Part shown: positions 58,172 to 64,000 of the stretch, piece by piece
How positions within the stretch are numbered: the first letter of the stretch is position 1
How the letters are laid out: the number at the start of each line of letters is the position of its first letter
Origin: Candidatus Latescibacterota bacterium
GTDB lineage: Bacteria; Latescibacterota; UBA2968; UBA8231
Reading direction: 5' to 3'
Assembly (NCBI GenBank): GCA_965217585.1
Contig: OZ244561.1
Span: forward strand, 2,848,001 to 2,912,000
Length of the DNA: 64,000 bases
The notes under the pieces: model-generated
Seen by the model: the letters and a program-made list of their open reading frames with translations, nothing else
Databases searched by the model: none
What the model was told of the DNA's origin: nothing
Made by a program: the position numbers and the translations under genes

Positions 58172-58442
58172 CTTCGAACCCCCGGGGTGATCCGCTTGTT
58201 GCGGCTAGACTCACGACGGACTTGGCAGTTCGCTTGATATCCCGGGTTCTCCCGGGGTCCGGCAACTCTCCCGACATGGCGTGTTCCGGCACCCGGGGTC
58301 GGTTCGGCGGCAGGCCGGAACTCGCACTTGACCGGTGCAAGGAGGCAGCCACAGCTTGGTGCCAGAGGCACGGCGCTGGCTGCGCAAACTGGTCAAAATG
58401 CTCCAAGAATAACCCACAACCCCCACCGGAGGTTGAATATCC

Positions 58443-58889
58443 ATGGACTTGCAATCCATCCTAGATATTGTGCAGGAATTAAGGAATTGGACTCCAATCT
58501 TGATAAAGGAGAAGGGAGATAACGCAGCTGAGGAAGGGGACAAACGGGGAAAATACCCGGAGCTACTGAATGAACTTGAGGAGCACCTGCAGCCCCTGCA
58601 GCGCCTATTTACCCTTCAACAAGAGAATCTGTCCCTCCTGAGTGAAATCCGAGAGCTTCGTGAAAGAATATCCCAATATGAACGACAGGAAAGGAACCGA
58701 AGCGAATACGAAGAGAAGCAGATTGGCAAGGGTATGGTTGTTATAAAAAAGGGAACGGATAGTCCTTGGTTCTGCCTATCATGCTATGATAAAGATGTTC
58801 GTGCAATCCTCAATGAGCTTCCGGTTAGTTTTCGTCGCTTCGCTACCCATACCTGCTCAACCTGCCAGACGCATTACCAGCTCGAATAA
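58443..58889 (+). CDS. Coiled-coil plus C-terminal zinc-ribbon hypothetical protein
   Basis: GGAGG RBS; heptad-rich centre; CLSC...CSTC. Confidence 0.72.
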   Translation: MDLQSILDIVQELRNWTPILIKEKGDNAAEEGDKRGKYPELLNELEEHLQPLQRLFTLQQENLSLLSEIRELRERISQYERQERNRSEYEEKQIGKGMVVIKKGTDSPWFCLSCYDKDVRAILNELPVSFRRFATHTCSTCQTHYQLE

Positions 58890-59086
58890 AACCTCGGGGG
58901 AATTACACCCCACAGAAGCACAGGCTGACTGAGAAAGATCCACCCGCCAAGCGAAGAACCCCGGAATATTTTCTATACGTTGACCATCGATACGTTGCTA
59001 CCGCTGCTTTTGGGTGCAACGGGCGTATCCCTTCTCCGCGACGACGCGTAAGAGAGTGATAGGAAAACGATTGGAGACGCATCTTA

Positions 59087-60313
59087 ATGTATCCGTTTGG
59101 AGACAATGACTTCTATTTAGTATCTCGTCATATTATTGACAAGATAACGGCAGAGATACAGTCGCTTGAGAACGACTACGTTTTGAAGGCTTCTCCTATT
59201 GAACTGGAACAATACTACGTTGAGAAGACAAGGATAGATCCATTAGTCCTCAATGTGGAAAATCGATATATCAAGGATCAAACGGGCGTTCATATTGATG
59301 TGAGTCATGATATTCGAAGGGCTATTTTTCCTAGTCAGAGAGCAGTTATTAAGGGAACGAGACTTGACATTGCCATTCCCTTTGAAGGCTATCCTGGCCT
59401 TTGGAAAATCCGGGCGTCTGCATTTAGTGTAAGTGGTTATCCTGAGATTGATATCCGTGGAAACGAGGTAATCTTTGGCGTTAGTTTTCCCGACGACTCT
59501 GCGGATCAGGAAAGTCTTCGATCTGAAATCGAACGAGGGATAGATTCGCTCTCGAACGCCGTTGGTAATCTCAAGACAGAAGTGGACAGTCACAATAATT
59601 CGGCTCCTAAAAAAATTCGGCAAGTTCTCGCAAGAAAAAGGGAACTTGCACAGTCGGTAGTAGGTGCCGTCGCGTCTCTAGGGATTCCAATGAAGAGAAG
59701 TGAGACTCAGCCCATCTTCAATATCCCTACTAAGCGACGGCAGACACCGATAAAGCGTCCTACAGTTGCGACAGGTAAGTATGAACCGGAACCAACCCTT
59801 GATGAGGAAGAATACAAACACATTTTAGAAATACTGAGAAGCATGGCGCTTGTCATCGAGCGCAACCCATCTTCCTTTGCGTCTCTTAACGAAGAAGCAA
59901 TAAGGGATCATTTTCTTCTTCAACTCAATGGTCATTATGAAGGTGGTGCTACCGGAGAAACATTCAACGCTGAAGGAAAGACGGACATACTCATTAGAGC
60001 GGACAATAGAAATGTATTCATTGGAGAATGTAAATTCTGGCGTGGTCCAGCATCCTTCAATCAGGCAATTGATCAACTCTTAGGCTATCTGACATGGCGT
60101 GATTCCAAGTGTGCTTTGTTAATTTTTAATAAAACAAAAGACCTGAATGCCGTTCGTATGAAGTCGCACGAGGTAATGGAGACGAGATCTGAATATCGCA
60201 GAACAGTGTTTAGAGACGAATCTGGCGACTCTCGGTATGTTCTCGTAAAGGACTCTGACCCTGGACGCGAGATTACCGTAACAGTCCAGGTGTATGATGT
60301 GCCAAGCCCGTAA
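59087..60313 (+). CDS. Protein with C-terminal PD-(D/E)XK nuclease-like domain
   Basis: E...GETFNAEGKTDILI...ECKFW...QLLGY pattern; AT-rich; GGAG RBS. Confidence 0.75.
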   Translation: MYPFGDNDFYLVSRHIIDKITAEIQSLENDYVLKASPIELEQYYVEKTRIDPLVLNVENRYIKDQTGVHIDVSHDIRRAIFPSQRAVIKGTRLDIAIPFEGYPGLWKIRASAFSVSGYPEIDIRGNEVIFGVSFPDDSADQESLRSEIERGIDSLSNAVGNLKTEVDSHNNSAPKKIRQVLARKRELAQSVVGAVASLGIPMKRSETQPIFNIPTKRRQTPIKRPTVATGKYEPEPTLDEEEYKHILEILRSMALVIERNPSSFASLNEEAIRDHFLLQLNGHYEGGATGETFNAEGKTDILIRADNRNVFIGECKFWRGPASFNQAIDQLLGYLTWRDSKCALLIFNKTKDLNAVRMKSHEVMETRSEYRRTVFRDESGDSRYVLVKDSDPGREITVTVQVYDVPSP

Positions 60314-60433
60314 ATTTCCGCCCGCCCGGTGTCCAGCAACGCCCGGCCCCGTGCCCGGGCCATGTTCCCGGCTCCCACAATCGCTATTCGCTGTTTCGGC
60401 ATTGTGCTGCCGCTCCCGTTCTTTGAGTTTAAT
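60314..60433 (-). pseudogene. Orphan 5' fragment of the Gfo/Idh/MocA gene (repeat copy 2)
   Basis: RBS plus MPKQRIAIVGAGNMARARGRALLDTGRAEI starting at 60402; homology stops at the stop codon of the convergent gene. Confidence 0.88.
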
Positions 60434-60557
60434 CGCCCCGGATTTGCCGGAGGCTCCATTTCTTGAGAAACTTGGAGCTATGTCAAAACAAAATAGATAT
60501 TCCCCAGAAGTTTGCGAGCGTGATAATGCGCTGGCCGAGGCCATCATCGGGTTGTAT
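60429..60557 (+). mobile_element. Internally deleted IS3-family remnant
   Basis: Left-end-like TTAATCGCCCCGGATTTGCCGGAG, OrfA-like start MSKQNRYSPEVCER (60480) fused directly to the OrfB catalytic-Glu region DNALAEAIIGLY. Confidence 0.8.
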
Positions 60558-60571
60558 ACCAGGAGGAGAGC

Positions 60572-61552
60572 ATGGAATACGTCAAGTTCGGCCGTTCCGG
60601 CCTGAAGGTGTCGCGCCTGGCCTACGGCCTGGGCCTGCGCGGACAGGAGGACGCCAGCGAGGCCGAGCGCGCCATCGAGCGGGCCGTCGAGTTGGGGATC
60701 AACTTCATCGACTGCGCCAACATCTACGGTTTCGGGGACGTGTACGAGACCCGCGGCACGTCGGAGCAGGTCCTATCGCGCGTCCTCAGGCGGCACCGCG
60801 ACGACCTCGTGGTCACCTCGAAGGTGGCCAGCCGCGTCGGCGACGGGCCCAACGATGCCGGTCTGTCGCGCTATCACATCCTGCGGGAGATCGACCGCAC
60901 CTTGGCCCGCCTCGAGACGGATCACATCGACGTCTACATCCTGCACATGTACGACGATGAGACCCCCCTCGAGGAGACGCTGCGCGCCCTAGACGACGTG
61001 GTGCGCGCCGGCAAGACACGTTACGTGGGCGTCTCCAACTTCCAGGTCTGGCAGGTGCTCAAGGCGCTGTGGACGCAGGACCGCCTCGGGCTCGATCCCC
61101 TGCTCTGCATCCAGAACCCCTACAACCTCCTCAACCGAGAACTGGAGCGTGAGATGTGGCCGGCGCAGCGCGACCAAGGCTTTGGGGTCATGACCTACAG
61201 CCCCCTGGGCGTGGGCCTGCTCTCCGGCGCGTATACCCCCGGAGAGCCGCCGCCGGACGGCACCCTGTACGCCTCCCGGCGCGCTGGCGACCTAGAGCAG
61301 GACCTCAACGAGGCGGTGCGCCGGACCCTGGAGATCTTGCGGCAGATCGCCGACGCCCACGGTCGCACCGTGGCGCAGACGGCGATCAACTGGGTGCTCT
61401 CTCACCCCGAGGTGACGGCGGCCATCACCGGCGGCGATACGGCCGCCCACATGGAGGAGAACGCCGGCGCGGTGGGCTGGTCGATCACCGCGGAGGACCG
61501 GGCCCGTCTCGACGAGGCCTCGGCCGGCCAGGATCGCGTCCTAGACGTCTGA
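60572..61552 (+). CDS. Aldo/keto reductase
   Basis: GRSGLKVSRL, GINFIDCANIY, TSK, DVYILH, GKTRYVGVSN, YSPLGVGLL; RBS AGGAGGAG. Confidence 0.95.
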   Translation: MEYVKFGRSGLKVSRLAYGLGLRGQEDASEAERAIERAVELGINFIDCANIYGFGDVYETRGTSEQVLSRVLRRHRDDLVVTSKVASRVGDGPNDAGLSRYHILREIDRTLARLETDHIDVYILHMYDDETPLEETLRALDDVVRAGKTRYVGVSNFQVWQVLKALWTQDRLGLDPLLCIQNPYNLLNRELEREMWPAQRDQGFGVMTYSPLGVGLLSGAYTPGEPPPDGTLYASRRAGDLEQDLNEAVRRTLEILRQIADAHGRTVAQTAINWVLSHPEVTAAITGGDTAAHMEENAGAVGWSITAEDRARLDEASAGQDRVLDV

Positions 61553-61672
61553 CCGCCGCCCTCGCGGCGCAGAAGGAAGCCGAGCCGGAGGAGGCCAATA
61601 GGGCGCTCAACAAAGTGATGCGCTAAGGCTTGGAAATTGCGGCGCTGCGACACCCCTGGGAAGGAGAGAAGG

Positions 61673-61699
61673 CGGGGCTCGGGTGTCCCGTTTTTTTTT
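61673..61699 (+). terminator. Intrinsic terminator
   Basis: GC stem CGGGGC/GTCCCG followed by 9 T. Confidence 0.7.
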
Positions 61700-61841
61700 G
61701 CCCAAATGCGAACCTTTTGCCCGTCGGTTTCTTCTTGTAGAGTGAAGGAGGTGCAGCCGTGGATAGAACATCAGCGCCACGGAAAGAAAGGAGTTGGGCG
61801 CTTCCCCGTCGCCTAAAGACGAGTCCCCAGTGCCGGATTGT

Positions 61842-63179
61842 ATGGACAGCGAAGCCGACCTGGTGCGCCGGTGCCAGATGGGTGATGGCACGGCCTTTGC
61901 CCCGCTCCTGCGCCCGTACGAATACGCCCTGGCCGCGCTGATCCGCTACCGGATCGGCCACCCGCAGCACGCCGAAGATGTATTGCAGGAGGCGCTGGTG
62001 CAGGCTTGGACGCGGATCGGCGCGCTTAGAGAACCAGACAAGATCGGCCCTTGGCTGATGCAGATCGGTCGCAACCAATGCCGCGATTTCTTCAAGGCGG
62101 CACAGCGGCGTGAAAAGCCCACCGAGGGCGCGGTGCTGGCGCGGGCCGTCGATAGCGACTTACTGCGGCAGCATCGACGGCAGCTCCAGCGGGACGAAGC
62201 GGCCCAGGCGTTGGAGCAGGTGCCGCAGCCCCAGCAGCAGGTCGCCCGCCTGCACTACCTGGAGGGCTTGAGCATCGCCGAAATAGCCGCCCGCGGCCAA
62301 TGGCCCCAAGGCTCGGTCAAACGACATTTGTTCCAGGCGCGCCTGCACATGCGCCAGAGCATGGAAATCACCGCCCGCGGAAGGAGGCCCGAAATGCGGA
62401 CCCAATTACCCAAAGACCAAAAGGACGGACAGTCCTTCCCCCAGCAGCGGCCCGAAATCGCCGTCCGCGAACTGGACGGGGTGCCCTTTGCGGTCGAATG
62501 CCCCGAGTTGCGCTGGTGGCTGGTGGTGCCGCGTTTGGGCGAGGAAGCAATCCAAGGCACGTACAAAGCGCCCGACTGGCGCTTGGATTGCGTTGCCCGC
62601 ATGCGGGTGGCGCGCCCGGCCGAGGTGCACGGCTTGGAAGGCGTGGAAGTCGAGGTCGAGGAATGGGACGGGGACGTTGAAGGCTGGCGCGATGCCGGCT
62701 GGTCCATGTGCGCCCGGGAGAATGGGGAGGAGATCCAGTATCTGGCGGTCATTGAGCAGCAGGAGGAGGGGATCTCGATCAACACGTATCTAAGTCAGGG
62801 TTTCACCGGGGCCTTCGGGTGTATGAAGCGCCGCATTGAGGACACTGGACGACATGTGCGCCAGCCGGACGGCTCGTGGAAACAGGCCCACAGCGCTGAC
62901 AATCTCGATGCCAGCGGTGCCGGGATGTACGAGGTGCGCATCGGCGATAAAGTCTTCACCTGTCTGCGGGTGCTGCAACTCGAAGGCCTGGTCACCGAAG
63001 AGGACGCGCCCATCGACGAGGCATACATCACCGCCGAGGGCCACACTGTGCTAATCCGAGACTATGCCCACGACTGCTTTGACAATATCGACCTGGACCG
63101 CTCCCATGCCCTAGTAATCGACGGGCAGACGCTGTACCACTGGACGGACCGGGTGACCGGGGCGGGATTGGGGCTTTGA
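61842..63179 (+). CDS. ECF sigma-70 factor with a C-terminal extension of about 260 aa
   Basis: Region 2 HAEDVLQEALVQAW...PWLMQIGRNQCRD; region 4 LHYLEGLSIAEIA...GSVKRHLFQAR. Start uncertain (61794-61842). Confidence 0.88.
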   Translation: MDSEADLVRRCQMGDGTAFAPLLRPYEYALAALIRYRIGHPQHAEDVLQEALVQAWTRIGALREPDKIGPWLMQIGRNQCRDFFKAAQRREKPTEGAVLARAVDSDLLRQHRRQLQRDEAAQALEQVPQPQQQVARLHYLEGLSIAEIAARGQWPQGSVKRHLFQARLHMRQSMEITARGRRPEMRTQLPKDQKDGQSFPQQRPEIAVRELDGVPFAVECPELRWWLVVPRLGEEAIQGTYKAPDWRLDCVARMRVARPAEVHGLEGVEVEVEEWDGDVEGWRDAGWSMCARENGEEIQYLAVIEQQEEGISINTYLSQGFTGAFGCMKRRIEDTGRHVRQPDGSWKQAHSADNLDASGAGMYEVRIGDKVFTCLRVLQLEGLVTEEDAPIDEAYITAEGHTVLIRDYAHDCFDNIDLDRSHALVIDGQTLYHWTDRVTGAGLGL

Positions 63180-63383
63180 GGGTTACTTCTATAGCAAGGA
63201 GAAAGCTCTCTGATGATTAGGAGCGCTTTCCCGAGCCCCCAGTCTCGACCGATGCGGACACTGCGGAGGACCGAACGACGGCAAGTTTGATTGACCCCGA
63301 CATCGCCTAGGTAAACATCGACGCAAAGCCCCTTGTCGTCACCCGCTACAAATTAAACGCTATCTTCTGAATGCAAGCCCAGT

Positions 63384-64000
63384 CTAGAGCGCACTATTGT
63401 TCTTCTTTGCCGTCTTCTCAACAGGCAATCGGGGACGCAGATCAAGGAGGTGAACCTTTAGTGCTACCATACCACCCATCATATCCTCCACGCGTTTGGC
63501 TTCATCACGGAGGAGCGACATCAACTCTGTTAGACCGATGAGGGTTCCATTGTCCGGGTGTTTCCACTTCTGATCTCTCGCCAGTGTTACCAACAGGCAT
63601 CCTGACCTGCTGGTCTCGGCCGCCATGTATTTCGTGACCAGTTGATCATGGATCGTGTCGCGCAAGTCGCGGGCAGACCGGCTATTGGCCCGGCTATTGG
63701 CGAGCTTGAGTTCGATGATCGCTTCGTGCTCGGACACGACAGAACGCAGACGAATATCCGTTTCCTTTTCGTCTGCCGTAACGGCCTCCTGGTCCACCTT
63801 GTAAAGGCCATTTGCTGCATGGCGCAGTTCCCTCGCGATCTCGCGGCGCATGACCTTCTCGTCGGTGATCCCCGCCCAGGCATCCCTAGGCGACACGTCG
63901 CTTCGCAAGAGTTCATTAAGGTCAAGCAGACGATCGCTCATAATGGCGAACATCGCTTCGTTTGTTGAAGCAGGTGCTTCGCCTGTTTTGTCGAGCGCAA
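63384..64000 (-). CDS. C-terminal PD-(D/E)XK nuclease-like domain of a larger protein (5'-truncated by window edge)
   Basis: Frame open to the window end; E...DEKETDIRL...IELK...QLVTKY pattern. Confidence 0.7.
   Translation of the reverse strand, partial: ALDKTGEAPASTNEAMFAIMSDRLLDLNELLRSDVSPRDAWAGITDEKVMRREIARELRHAANGLYKVDQEAVTADEKETDIRLRSVVSEHEAIIELKLANSRANSRSARDLRDTIHDQLVTKYMAAETSRSGCLLVTLARDQKWKHPDNGTLIGLTELMSLLRDEAKRVEDMMGGMVALKVHLLDLRPRLPVEKTAKKNNSAL

Noticed and set aside
58172-58442. GC-rich spacer containing TTCGAACCC, checked as a possible tRNA or att fragment
   Set aside because: No cloverleaf or CCA end can be built and no second copy was seen.
61550-61626. Possible orphan gene tail (LTAALAAQKEAEPEEANRALNKVMR-stop) before the terminator
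   Set aside because: Too short to assign and has no matching parent in the window.

Overview
GC-rich diderm bacterial DNA in two parts. Positions 1-48027 are one co-oriented (+) cluster of 17 MacB/FtsX-type (type VII ABC) double-length permease paralogues (16 complete, one cut by the window edge). They share only one periplasmic adaptor (MFP) and two stand-alone ATPases, and are interspersed with two DUF4097-like beta-repeat proteins and a POTRA-less Omp85-like barrel; no TolC is in the window. The paralogues have near-constant transmembrane and coupling frameworks with hypervariable, indel-rich, patchwork-shared periplasmic loops. Scars of duplicated and deleted copies, conserved junction sequences and three REP-carrying MITE-like inserts suggest an actively expanding and recombining repertoire of transporter subunits, which is the best candidate here for an undescribed system. 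Positions 48201-64000 are an accessory region: a beta-helix glycoside hydrolase/lyase, a lipoprotein alpha/beta hydrolase, an Asp-box (sialidase-like) protein, a DUF433/DUF5615 toxin-antitoxin operon with an extra gene, and a Gfo/Idh/MocA oxidoreductase whose 5' end is duplicated around a Fic + Zn-ribbon + PD-(D/E)XK nuclease island. These are followed by an internally deleted IS3-family scar, an aldo/keto reductase, an ECF sigma factor with a C-terminal extension and internal RBS, and the C-terminal nuclease-like domain of a truncated gene. All family calls come from motif recognition by eye, not database searches.
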